From Nitrosopumilaceae archaeon (GTDB taxonomy: Archaea > Thermoproteota > Nitrososphaeria > Nitrososphaerales > Nitrosopumilaceae): a DNA stretch of 64,000 nt. Below, piece after piece: positions 31,764-41,249 of this stretch. Position numbers and translations under genes: made by a program. Position 1 is the first letter of the stretch. Each line of letters starts with the position of its first letter. The DNA is taken from NCBI GenBank assembly GCA_965208905.1, contig OZ242365.1:800001-864000 (forward strand), in the 5' to 3' direction. Under the pieces are notes generated by a model, which saw only the letters and a list, made by a program, of their open reading frames with translations, was not told where the DNA came from and did not search any database.

Positions 31764-33731
31764 ATGGTAAATCGCACTATGTTGTGTTTGATGGTTCTAG
31801 GTATTGCAGCTGTTATGGGGCCATCATCCGCCTATGCAGCGGGCGCCATTGGTGAAGGATTCGCAATAGGTGATGTACTTGATGAGTCCTGGGGCTGGTT
31901 TATAGTAGTGGGATTGGGTGCTGTATTTGCCATTGTAATTACAATTGAGACCAAGATAGAGGAGAGATATCTGGGTGTCTCGCAAACTTCTGAATGGTTT
32001 AACACTGCTGGTCGTGTAATAAAGACAGGTCTTACGGCCGCAGCCATAGTATCCGCCTGGACTTGGGCGGCAACCCTACTACAATCATCTACAGTAGCGT
32101 ATCAGTATGGTATCAGCGGACCGTTCTGGTATGCAGCGGGCGCATCCATACAAGTACTATTATTTGGTATACTGGCAATAGAGCTGAAGCGCAAAGCGCC
32201 AAATGCTCACACATTCTTGGAGATAATTAGAGCCAGATACGGTGAAGCGGCGCACCGGGTCTTTTTGGTATTTGCATTAATGACAAACATGATAGTCACC
32301 GCAATGCTTCTTTTGGGCGGTGCAGCAGTCGTAAACGGTCTGACTGGCATGGACATATCACTGGCGGCATTTTTGATACCCATAGGAGTCATGATATACA
32401 CGTTAGTAGGTGGTCTTAAGGCGACGTTTGTGGCAGACTATATGCATACTATAATTATATTTGTGGTGATCTTAACATTTGTAGGTACAGTGTACTTTGT
32501 GAGTCCAGTGACCGGGGGTGTTGAAGGCATGTTTGAAAAACTGACCGAAGCTGCTGCCATAAATCCCGTAGAAGGGAATGCTGCTGGAGCATATCTTACG
32601 ATGGCCTCACTAGGCGGCCTCATATTTGGTATCATAAATATAGTTGGAAACTTTGGTACTGTCTTTGTGGACCAGGCCTATTGGCAACGTGCTATAGCGG
32701 CGCGACCCCAGTCTACAGTAAAGGGCTTTTTATTGGGTGGTGCTTGCTGGTTTGCTATTCCATTTACACTAGCCACCACGATGGGCCTTACTGCAGTAGC
32801 CTTGGGCGTTGATCTTACACCCGAGGAGGTACAACTAGGTCTGACTGTCCCCGCAGCCGCATCAGTCCTGATGGGTGAGGTTGGAGCCGTATTAGTACTG
32901 ACCATGCTGTTTATGGCAGTTACCTCTGCAGGATCTGCCGAACTGATTGCGGTCTCGTCGTTGGTGACGTATGATGTGTATAGGACGTATAAGAATCCGA
33001 AGGCATCGGGGCAGAAACTGTTAAAGGTCTCTCGATATACCATAATCGGCTTTGGTATAGGCATGGGTGGCCTGGCAGTAATACTACTATCGATGGGACT
33101 TAGCTTGGGATTCGTCTATCTGGCCATGGGAGTTCTCATAGGCTCGGCGGTCATACCCATAGCATTGACGATAACATGGAAGAGGACCAACAAGTATGCG
33201 GCTACGGCAGGTGCAATAATTGGCTTGGTTGTGGCACTTATAACTTGGACCGGAGTTGCCGCGGCACAGTATGGCGAGGTAACCCTTGCTAGCCTGGGAG
33301 ATAACTACTCAATGCTATTTGGTAATATCGCGGGTATATTGACCGGTGGCGCCATTGCGGGCTTTGGCAGTCTGGCTACTAGAACCAAGTTCGATTGGGC
33401 CGAGATGAAAGAACGTATAAAGCTTGTAGATATATCAGAAGCTGAGATGGAACAGCTAGAAGTGGATGAGGCCACACTCAAGAAGGCATTCAAATTCAGT
33501 CTAAAGGGTGGCGGTCTTATGACTTTGATTCTAATAATAGCGTGGCCCATGCCCCTATTCTTTGCGGACTATGTCTTTGATATAGGGTTCTACTCACTAT
33601 GGGTAGGTATATCCATAGTGTGGGTGAGTGTTGCTACGTTCTTTATAGTGGGTCTGCCCATAATAGAGGCTAGACACGGTATCGCCAAGGTGGCCCGAGG
33701 CCGCAAAGCTACTCCTACAGGAGAAGAGTAA
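31764..33731 (+). CDS. DUR3-type urea active transporter (SSS family)
   Basis: Paralogue of 24298..26598 with signal-like N-terminus; directly after ureC. Confidence 0.88.
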   Translation: MVNRTMLCLMVLGIAAVMGPSSAYAAGAIGEGFAIGDVLDESWGWFIVVGLGAVFAIVITIETKIEERYLGVSQTSEWFNTAGRVIKTGLTAAAIVSAWTWAATLLQSSTVAYQYGISGPFWYAAGASIQVLLFGILAIELKRKAPNAHTFLEIIRARYGEAAHRVFLVFALMTNMIVTAMLLLGGAAVVNGLTGMDISLAAFLIPIGVMIYTLVGGLKATFVADYMHTIIIFVVILTFVGTVYFVSPVTGGVEGMFEKLTEAAAINPVEGNAAGAYLTMASLGGLIFGIINIVGNFGTVFVDQAYWQRAIAARPQSTVKGFLLGGACWFAIPFTLATTMGLTAVALGVDLTPEEVQLGLTVPAAASVLMGEVGAVLVLTMLFMAVTSAGSAELIAVSSLVTYDVYRTYKNPKASGQKLLKVSRYTIIGFGIGMGGLAVILLSMGLSLGFVYLAMGVLIGSAVIPIALTITWKRTNKYAATAGAIIGLVVALITWTGVAAAQYGEVTLASLGDNYSMLFGNIAGILTGGAIAGFGSLATRTKFDWAEMKERIKLVDISEAEMEQLEVDEATLKKAFKFSLKGGGLMTLILIIAWPMPLFFADYVFDIGFYSLWVGISIVWVSVATFFIVGLPIIEARHGIAKVARGRKATPTGEE

Positions 33732-34258
33732 TGGCTCACTGTAGTGGATGCGGCTGTACATTGGGCTGGAAGAAGTACAAGTTTCAACGTATGTGGCGCA
33801 TACCAGGGTACTACTGTAAATCTTGTATGATGGAGCTGGGCAAAGAGTTTGACAAGTATGGCCGTTTGACCAGCATTGCCTCACCCTGTCACATGTGTGG
33901 TGTCGAATACTACTTTTTAAAGTCTGGCAAGGGAGAAGGCAAGCACCACAAGTACTGTGTGATATGTAATGAGGCAATTAAGAATGGAGTTATACCAAAG
34001 AAAGCAAAGAAGTCGGGACCTCGCCCCCCTCCAAAACAGTTACCACTCACAATGATGATATTTGCAGGATTGGGGGGACTGATGATGGTCATGGGACTGA
34101 TATTCACAATGATGTCCACCGGCGAAGATGCAAACGTTCTAAACATTGTATTTGGTGCTGCCACCACCGCCATGGGATTTGTATTGGTCCGCCGGACACT
34201 CAAGTCCAGAAGTCTGCTGTTGGGTGCAAAGAGACCTTCCCCACCTGACATGTCGTAA
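33731..34258 (+). CDS. Hypothetical zinc-ribbon protein with two C-terminal TM helices
   Basis: Four CxxC pairs, then two hydrophobic segments; TAATG coupling to the transporter. Confidence 0.75.
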   Translation: MAHCSGCGCTLGWKKYKFQRMWRIPGYYCKSCMMELGKEFDKYGRLTSIASPCHMCGVEYYFLKSGKGEGKHHKYCVICNEAIKNGVIPKKAKKSGPRPPPKQLPLTMMIFAGLGGLMMVMGLIFTMMSTGEDANVLNIVFGAATTAMGFVLVRRTLKSRSLLLGAKRPSPPDMS

Positions 34259-34295
34259 AAAGACTGGAGTTACAACCATACAAGACGAAAAGTAG

Positions 34296-34347
34296 ACTGG
34301 GCTGACAGACTATCTTGGAAAGTGTAGATAGCTTTGCGGGAGGAACC
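34296..34347 (+). mobile_element. Orphan right end of the TnpB element family (candidate omegaRNA remnant)
   Basis: ACTGGGCTGACAGACTATC (18/19 to 40512-40530), then CTTTGCGGGAGGAACC identical to 40557-40572. Confidence 0.7.
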
Positions 34348-34463
34348 TTAAGTTCAATCTAAGTATAACTGAAACAAAACCTTACATGATCCAGCGTAAA
34401 ACTGGGGTGGCACATTGCCAAAGGATACATGCCCAAATGGGTCTTCTCTAAACTAATAGAACT

Positions 34464-34838
34464 CTAAGCCTTGGTATAGTCGTGGTAGAGCACCTCGTTG
34501 AGCACCTTGTCGATTATCTGCTGCTGCCCACCATCATTACCAAAGGTGACCAGAAGGATATTTCCACTCTTAAGGGGTACTGTAATCCTGCGTACCTTTT
34601 CATAGACCGCAAGTGTATAGATGCCCGCACCTATCTTGTCATAATGGTCCATGCGGGATTTCCAAGCGGTTACCGAATGCTTTAACGTCTTTTTAGTATC
34701 TGCGAGTCCAAGGTGTATTGCTAGTCCTGGCCTTGCTTTGTGGGCGATAAGGTCGCCCTCCATGTCTGCGACTGCAACGAATCTAATATTGCTGTCCAAA
34801 CCTAGTACACGATCAAGCCTGTCATCATAACTGTTCAT
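34464..34838 (-). CDS. Thaumarchaeal roadblock/longin-like small protein
   Basis: IRFVAVADMEG...IG...YTLAVYEKV pattern; similar to 59623..60009. Confidence 0.65.
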   Translation of the reverse strand: MNSYDDRLDRVLGLDSNIRFVAVADMEGDLIAHKARPGLAIHLGLADTKKTLKHSVTAWKSRMDHYDKIGAGIYTLAVYEKVRRITVPLKSGNILLVTFGNDGGQQQIIDKVLNEVLYHDYTKA

Positions 34839-35036
34839 GGTGATGTGTTATTTTGAGTCCTCAAAAAGGTTTCTATCATACATGCTGTGGTATATGATCA
34901 GTTACACTTCCATCTGTTGATAATGGCAAGTCCATCTTGAAGGATGCCGCGTCCAGACTTAAAATATCTACACACAGTATATAGACAACACCGCCTAATG
35001 GAATAATTTTTAGAGCAGTAGATTTGTAATTATTGT

Positions 35037-35663
35037 ATGAATACAGGCAAGGCCCGTAGCGTACTAAATGTAAAAGAGGGATCAACTCCAACGCAGATAA
35101 AAGCAGCATATCGAAAACTTGTCTTGGAATATCATCCCGACAAAAAAGGCGGGGACGAAAAACAGTTTCAACTCATCACTGAAGCATACCATACATTAAC
35201 AGACAGTGAACATGTAGATGAAGAACCAAAGACACAAAACGTGAATAGGGCTCAATGGGGTGCTGGACCCACAGATCATATACCAGAAGAGGATTGGAGT
35301 AAATACACCAAAGAGTTTGAGGAAGATGAGGCATGGTGGAAGGCATATGAGACCCGTTTCTGGGAGGAGTATGAGGGCAGAAACAATGGCGGTGGTAAGT
35401 CCGACAATGCCCGGGAACCTGATGCGCAACCCCGCCTGCGAGTTAATGTGGATCAGAGTTTGTGTATAGGATGTTGTAGTTGCGAGACGATAGCACCCAA
35501 TGTATTTGAGATAAATCGTAACGCTAGATCCAACCCAAAGTCTACTGTAAAGAATGAAGCCGGTGCAGGAGTGAATCGTATCATGAATGCTGCCGAGACA
35601 TGCCCCACTAAAGCCATATTGGTAGACAATATGGATACTGGCGAGAGATTGTATCCGTTTTAG
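35037..35663 (+). CDS. DnaJ-ferredoxin fusion protein
   Basis: J-domain with YHPDK; C-terminal CIGCCSC...AETCP ferredoxin. Confidence 0.9.
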   Translation: MNTGKARSVLNVKEGSTPTQIKAAYRKLVLEYHPDKKGGDEKQFQLITEAYHTLTDSEHVDEEPKTQNVNRAQWGAGPTDHIPEEDWSKYTKEFEEDEAWWKAYETRFWEEYEGRNNGGGKSDNAREPDAQPRLRVNVDQSLCIGCCSCETIAPNVFEINRNARSNPKSTVKNEAGAGVNRIMNAAETCPTKAILVDNMDTGERLYPF

Positions 35664-36064
35664 TCTCGCAGTCTCTCAAATATTCTGGCGGTATCTTTCT
35701 CAGATGATGTAGTCTTTTTAAACATACCATGAATTGGCCCGGCACCATCATTCCCATATCTGGGCACTAAATGTACGTGGACATGGGGTATCTCTTGACC
35801 TGCATATGGTCCGTTATGTATGGCCAACAACGTGGACCCTGATAGGGCATCAGTTCTGGATATCAACTTTGCTGCTAGCTCAAACACATCCGATACTTCT
35901 GCAGTGACCATATCTTGTAATCTTTTACGGTGCTTTTTTGGTATGATTATAAGATGGCCCCGAGTTAACGGGAAGGCATCCATGAAAGCTAGGGCGTTAT
36001 CATTCTCGGATATCTTCTTTGATGGTACCTCTCCAGATACAATACGACAAAATATACAACTCAT
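35660..36064 (-). CDS. HIT family nucleotide hydrolase
   Basis: CIFCRI, GQEIPHVHVHLVPR. Confidence 0.92.
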   Translation of the reverse strand: MSCIFCRIVSGEVPSKKISENDNALAFMDAFPLTRGHLIIIPKKHRKRLQDMVTAEVSDVFELAAKLISRTDALSGSTLLAIHNGPYAGQEIPHVHVHLVPRYGNDGAGPIHGMFKKTTSSEKDTARIFERLRD

Positions 36065-36342
36065 GGCTCAACTATTACTGCCCATGCCAGGCCCTCGCCG
36101 TATTTTATGGTCACAGTGTCACCCGCATCATATGTGCAGTTCTCGATATGTTTTGGTATCTCATCAGAGGTGTCCGCAACACATACGCCATTATTGTTTG
36201 ATAGTATTGTAACATTCTCATATACGTCCTCACGAATGAGATTCCAGAAAGGAAATACTACCGTGGATATTATAATTCCGGCCAGAGCTAGAATCCCTAC
36301 AAAGATGAGTGTATACTTTCGGCCAAAGGTCATCTCGCCCAT
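36061..36342 (-). CDS. Hypothetical membrane-anchored protein
   Basis: N-terminal TM helix; overlaps the HIT start (operon). Confidence 0.7.
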   Translation of the reverse strand: MGEMTFGRKYTLIFVGILALAGIIISTVVFPFWNLIREDVYENVTILSNNNGVCVADTSDEIPKHIENCTYDAGDTVTIKYGEGLAWAVIVEP

Positions 36343-36503
36343 TACCAGACACTACCGCCTACATCACCAGGGTCCATCTTCTTTTCTGGCACATTACCGT
36401 GAGCTTTTTTAAGATGACGTTGTAGTCTTTCTGTAGTATGCAACTCTACACCACATTCAGGGCATTTAGTACCCTTATTCTTCTTCTTACCAAAGAGTCC
36501 CAT
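36342..36503 (-). CDS. Small C2H2 zinc-finger protein (53 aa, not in ORF track)
   Basis: MGLFGKKKNKGTKCPECGVELHTTERLQRHLKKAH...; TAATG coupling with next gene. Confidence 0.75.
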   Translation of the reverse strand: MGLFGKKKNKGTKCPECGVELHTTERLQRHLKKAHGNVPEKKMDPGDVGGSVW

Positions 36504-36557
36504 GGGTATTATCAATATGCCTATGTATTATAAAGGGTTCTTATTGCATCCATGTAG

Positions 36558-37712
36558 TTGAAGAGTATCAAAAACGTTACAGTGCTAGGATCCGGAGTCA
36601 TGGGTCATGGAATAGCCCAGATATCTGCAACAGCAGGCTACAATGTCAAACTGCGAGACATAAAAGAAGAGTTTCTAGACAATGCCATGGCGAAGATACG
36701 CTGGAGTCTGAGTAAAATGGTAAAAAAGAACAAGATAACTGTGCAAGAAGAGTCCTCCATACTATCACGTATTGTACCGGTTGTGGAGATAAACCAAGCA
36801 CTTGATAACTCTGATTTGATTATAGAGGTCGTCCCTGAAAATATGGACCTAAAACGTAAGGTATATGCCGAGTTGGATGATATCGCTGCTCCAGACACAA
36901 TATTTGCCTCTAATACCAGCACATTACCGATAACAGAGATTGCCAAGACTACAAACCGCAAAGACATGGTTATAGGAGTACACTTCTTTAACCCGCCCCA
37001 ACTGATGAAACTAGTGGAAGTCATACCTGGCACTGATACATCATCTAGTATAACAGAGACAATGGAGAATTTTGTTAAAACTTTAGGGAAGACTCCTGTT
37101 ATATGTCGTAAAGACGTACCGGGCTTTATCATAAATCGGTTGTTCATACCAATGGTTCATGAGGCTTTATACACGATGGATAGGCAGAATATCTCCAAAG
37201 AGGCGATAGACTCATCTGTAAGGTTCGATATGGGCTTTCCCATGGGAATATTTGAGCTGGCGGACTTTACAGGGCTAGACGTAATCCATAAGGCCAGCAA
37301 TGAGATGTTTGCCCGAGATAAAAAAGTCCTACGACAACACCCTACAATACAACAACTATTCGAGGAGAATCGATTGGGCCAGAAGAGTGGGGAGGGGTTC
37401 TACAAGTATTCAGATACAAAGTATGAGAGGGTCGAGCTATCTGCAGAATTGGCCAAAGAGTGTAATCCCATAGATATGATATCTAACATAACAAATAATG
37501 CTGCATGGTTAATTACAAACAAAGTTAGCAATATTGCCGAGATAGACAAAGCTGCCGCTCTGGGACTGGGTCTTAAAAGGCCACTTTTTGATACTGCCGC
37601 AGAGGTGGGCATACAGAGAATAATAGATTCGTTGGATGATCTGGCAAAGCAACACGGCCCGTTCTATGAACCAGATCCATTCTTACGATCCCTTGTCGAG
37701 AATACCAAATAA
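36558..37712 (+). CDS. 3-hydroxyacyl(butyryl)-CoA dehydrogenase (3HP/4HB cycle candidate)
   Basis: GSGVMGHGIA, ASNTSTLPI, GVHFFNP, PGFIINR. Confidence 0.9.
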   Translation: MKSIKNVTVLGSGVMGHGIAQISATAGYNVKLRDIKEEFLDNAMAKIRWSLSKMVKKNKITVQEESSILSRIVPVVEINQALDNSDLIIEVVPENMDLKRKVYAELDDIAAPDTIFASNTSTLPITEIAKTTNRKDMVIGVHFFNPPQLMKLVEVIPGTDTSSSITETMENFVKTLGKTPVICRKDVPGFIINRLFIPMVHEALYTMDRQNISKEAIDSSVRFDMGFPMGIFELADFTGLDVIHKASNEMFARDKKVLRQHPTIQQLFEENRLGQKSGEGFYKYSDTKYERVELSAELAKECNPIDMISNITNNAAWLITNKVSNIAEIDKAAALGLGLKRPLFDTAAEVGIQRIIDSLDDLAKQHGPFYEPDPFLRSLVENTK

Positions 37713-38195
37713 AGTATCAATGGATTCTGATGGCGAGTCGGCACCAACAATTAAAACATGTTTACGGTGATCTAAATATTCATCAGCATACTTTTCTGCC
37801 ATGCCCCCACTACTTCGGATTGCCACCATGGGCTTGTTGTGCATGTAGGCAGCACACATCTCAGATAATGTTCCCACGCCCCCTCCAACTATGATTATGC
37901 CATCTGCTGCATATGCGTTTACAAAGTCACGCATCAACCCAAGACCTGTAGGTATTACGATATCACAAAACTCATTGGCAGCATCAGCATCTTTTGGCGG
38001 TATTATCCCCACTACGGTACCACCTGCGTCCTTTGCTCCCGATGATGCTGCCCTCATGACTCCGCCCATACCACCAGTTAAAAGTATAGCCCCCCTCTCT
38101 GCTACAAGATGCCCCACATCATAAGCTATCTTTCTGTGTAGCGGCAGGCAGCCGTTATCATTATGACCAATTACCAATATCTGAGTCTTTTTCAC
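37683..38195 (-). CDS. LOG/TIGR00725-like Rossmann-fold protein
   Basis: TGGMGGVM, GGGVGTLSE; likely start GTG 38195. Confidence 0.82.
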   Translation of the reverse strand: MKKTQILVIGHNDNGCLPLHRKIAYDVGHLVAERGAILLTGGMGGVMRAASSGAKDAGGTVVGIIPPKDADAANEFCDIVIPTGLGLMRDFVNAYAADGIIIVGGGVGTLSEMCAAYMHNKPMVAIRSSGGMAEKYADEYLDHRKHVLIVGADSPSESIDTLFGILDKGS

Positions 38196-38564
38196 ATATT
38201 TGTGGTGCAATTTAGCACTAATAGGGATTCCTATGGCTGGTCTCTCCCGTAAAGACAGGCTATACCACAAAATCAGTTCATACTTAACATGTAGTGTGCT
38301 GATGGTGACCGGCGTGGGCAACTCGCTGCGCAGCATTGTGGTCTTGGTATAGACCTTGACTGTTTTGTCACATTTTCATTAACTGCTAAAGAGCGTATCT
38401 TGTGACCCTATAGCAATAATGCCAGATTTCGTGCTATTATTTATGATCTAATTGAATTTTGCCCAAAAACCACATTCGCATGTAGAACCATCCAATCCAT
38501 TAATATCGCATAATTCTGAGGAATTTGGTCTATAATCCAGCTTTGGACGAGGAACCAGATTCTG

Positions 38565-38755
38565 GGCATTGTTGCAAATCCAACTGATGACATTATGCTT
38601 CATGGCATAGCTTCAGAACAACGATTTTTCATTTCGTCTTAAGCATGTGCATGGTTGTTTTGAGTATGCCAATAACTTGTATTTGTGCTAAATAGCGTCT
38701 CAAAAACGAAAATAACACTTTGTTATATCTTATCAGTCGAATTTGCAGCAATGCC
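38565..38755. mobile_element. 191-bp MITE with IS6-like terminal inverted repeats
   Basis: TIRs GGCATTGTTGCAAATCCAACTGAT / GGCATTGCTGCAAATTCGACTGAT (21/24); 9-bp direct repeat CAGATTCTG at 38556-38564 and 38756-38764. Confidence 0.85.
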
Positions 38756-38958
38756 CAGATTCTGTAACAGATATTAACTAGCAATCTTACATGTATGGTA
38801 TGGTCCATCGTTCCATGCCAGTCTGTTTTAGTATTGAGCAGTACAAAACAATAGAGGCATACGCTAAGAAGCATGGCATGCTTAATGCAAGCCAAGCTCT
38901 AGAAGAGTTACTAGAAAGGCGGTAGGCGCCTCTCTGCTTATTTTATTATATGTTTAAT

Positions 38959-40572
38959 GGTTCCTCCCGCAAGGACGGGTGGTGGTTGATGTGTGTTGGA
39001 TAGTGTTAAATACGTTATTGAACCGTACTATGTAGTGGCATCAGTAAAAAATAGCAGGGCAGTAACACGTCCATACACAAAAAATTTGGGCATGCGACAT
39101 GTGTTTGAACATGTCAGGAAGGTGGCAGAAGTGGCGTACATTATAGCAGATAACACGGGGAAGAATACCTATGGTGTTAATGCATTGATGTATAGTACAA
39201 TGCGCGGTCCTGACCCCAAAGTATATTCGTCCATAACGCAGACCGCCATACGGGACGGGGTTGCCGCCCATAAAACGTACAATACAAAGGCTGCGCAGGG
39301 CACGAAGGTGTCTGAGCCCGTGTTTCGCAATCCGGTTGTAAAGTTAACAAATCAAAGTTGGAGGCTGAATCCGATAGCGGGTGGATATATGGCTATTGCA
39401 AATGTTGGCTCATCAAAACACCCACATATGATAGCAATTCCCGTCTCTTCAGATGTGGTACGTAAAATAGGGCAAAATGAGTTGGGCGAGTTGTGGATCA
39501 CGCCAACCACATATACCATTACATATTACAACAAAGTGCCCAAGGTTGAAAAGTCCCACCCACACGGCAAGTCAGAGATTATCGAACTACTTACGGATGT
39601 GGGCTGTGTGGGCGGTACACCAAGGGATGTAATTGGCATAGACATCAATGAAAAGAACATCACCGTAGGTGATAAAAACACGATGGTACGATTTGATCTA
39701 TCATACACGATACAGGCCATTGAGGAGGCAAAGACTGAGGATACAAACAATACGTATACCCGTACACATGATAATATCGCATATGCGGCACGTACCGGAA
39801 GGCGCGTTGTACACAAGAAAGAGGAGGAGCGCAGAGAAAAGCAACAAGTCACACATGGTGGTCACAAGTTACACAGCAAACTCAAACGCAGATACAATAA
39901 ACTCAAGAGGGAGGGCAAACACAAGAGGGCCGCCGAGATAAAGAAGCAGATGAGCAGATGCATATTGAGCATACCACATAACCACACAAAATCAAGGAAG
40001 AATGCTAAAAAGCGCAGGATGGCCAAAGCCATGCGCCACCACGAACACGTGCTGAATGTAATAGCATTATGTATAGCACAGTGGGCCGCACAATCCGGGT
40101 GCTTGGTGATGTTGGAGGATTTAACCAATATATCGTATGGTTGGCAGAAGAATGGGAAGTTTGGCCATAATATGCGTCGCAGGTTACATTCTGCCATGAT
40201 GCGAAAAGCATCGAATTTAATTTATGAAAAGTCCCGGTTTTTGGGAGTGGAGGCATTACATATGCGCCCACACAACACATCCAAGTTGTGTGCTGCATGC
40301 AGAACCACATTAACTGGAACTTATCATAAAAAAGACTGCATCCGCTGCCATACGGTTGGCGTAGATCGCGACGTCAACGCAGTGGAGAACATACGGCGAA
40401 CAAGCGCCGTATCCCGATATGGTCGTAAGGTTTCGGCCAGTCTGGGCGAAGTCCGTCGTGGTGTGGATGTAATCCTCGATCCCACACCACTCATACAGGG
40501 TTGCTGGAGCAACTGGGCCGACAGACTATCCCGCGTGGCGATGTGACATCACCCGACTTTGCGGGAGGAACC
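38959..40572 (+). mobile_element. TnpB-carrying non-autonomous element 2 with 23-bp inverted termini
   Basis: GGTTCCTCCCGCAAGGACGGGTG vs reverse complement of right end GGTTCCTCCCGCAAAGTCGGGTG (21/23); no transposase, no TSD seen. Confidence 0.82.
38993..40546 (+). CDS. tnpB: TnpB/Cas12f-like RuvC nuclease, apparently intact
   Basis: VIGIDINE (RuvC-I), VMLEDL (RuvC-II), TSKLCAAC..CIRC zinc finger, DRDVNAVENI (RuvC-III); start uncertain. Confidence 0.85.
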   Translation: MLDSVKYVIEPYYVVASVKNSRAVTRPYTKNLGMRHVFEHVRKVAEVAYIIADNTGKNTYGVNALMYSTMRGPDPKVYSSITQTAIRDGVAAHKTYNTKAAQGTKVSEPVFRNPVVKLTNQSWRLNPIAGGYMAIANVGSSKHPHMIAIPVSSDVVRKIGQNELGELWITPTTYTITYYNKVPKVEKSHPHGKSEIIELLTDVGCVGGTPRDVIGIDINEKNITVGDKNTMVRFDLSYTIQAIEEAKTEDTNNTYTRTHDNIAYAARTGRRVVHKKEEERREKQQVTHGGHKLHSKLKRRYNKLKREGKHKRAAEIKKQMSRCILSIPHNHTKSRKNAKKRRMAKAMRHHEHVLNVIALCIAQWAAQSGCLVMLEDLTNISYGWQKNGKFGHNMRRRLHSAMMRKASNLIYEKSRFLGVEALHMRPHNTSKLCAACRTTLTGTYHKKDCIRCHTVGVDRDVNAVENIRRTSAVSRYGRKVSASLGEVRRGVDVILDPTPLIQGCWSNWADRLSRVAM

Positions 40573-40648
40573 TGCGACATAGCGACTCCTTACCAAAGTA
40601 TGATTCTATGGCAAAGGGCTTAAAGATATGTTTACTTCATAATTGTAT

Positions 40649-41060
40649 AATGGGATTGCTTAGTAGAAAGCCCTCGTATTGTAAGATGTGTGGTGCCAAA
40701 CTAAAACACAAGAACAAACCAAAACGTGAGTGGGGTGTGAAGGGACCTTTATGCGGAGACTGTTACGTAACAAAGACCACAGAGTTCTATGAGGCAAAGA
40801 TAATTCAACCATGTGTAGTTTGCGGTGTACGTCGTCGTGTCGCGGACATGTGGGAGCCGCGCTGGCAATGGGACATGGATGGACTACTATGTAAGGACTG
40901 CTTTGAAAAGAAAGAGACCGGCCATAAAAATGAGAAATCAACGTGTTCACATTGTGGTACCAAGCTGGGGTTTATACGATACAACCCAAAGCCGAAATGG
41001 AATATGAACGGGCAGCTATGCAGAGAGTGCTGGGACAATACAAAGGCAGAACTTGGATGA
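40649..41060 (+). CDS. Hypothetical protein with three zinc-ribbon repeats
   Basis: 3x CxxCG...PxxxWxxxGxLCxxC; likely start ATG 40649. Confidence 0.78.
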
Positions 41061-41249
41061 TTTCAGAGTAATAGTCTGATATGTGCAGCAAGTCTACTCC
41101 TAAAAAATCAGGTAGCATACGACCTGTCAAGACAAATTCGTACGGGAAGCAGTATTTTTGTGATGATGTGACACGGGAATTGTAACAGACTGCATGCAAG
41201 CTGGCATAGCTATGACCTATGCTCTATCTGATGCGCAGGTAGGTGAACT

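Noticed and set aside
38945-40585. Target-site duplications around the TnpB elements
   Set aside because: Flanks differ (TGTTTAAT vs TGCGACAT); none seen for element 1 either.
41160-41231. C/D-box sRNA (GTGATGA ... CTGA)
   Set aside because: No convincing internal D'/C' boxes or terminal stem; could be chance.
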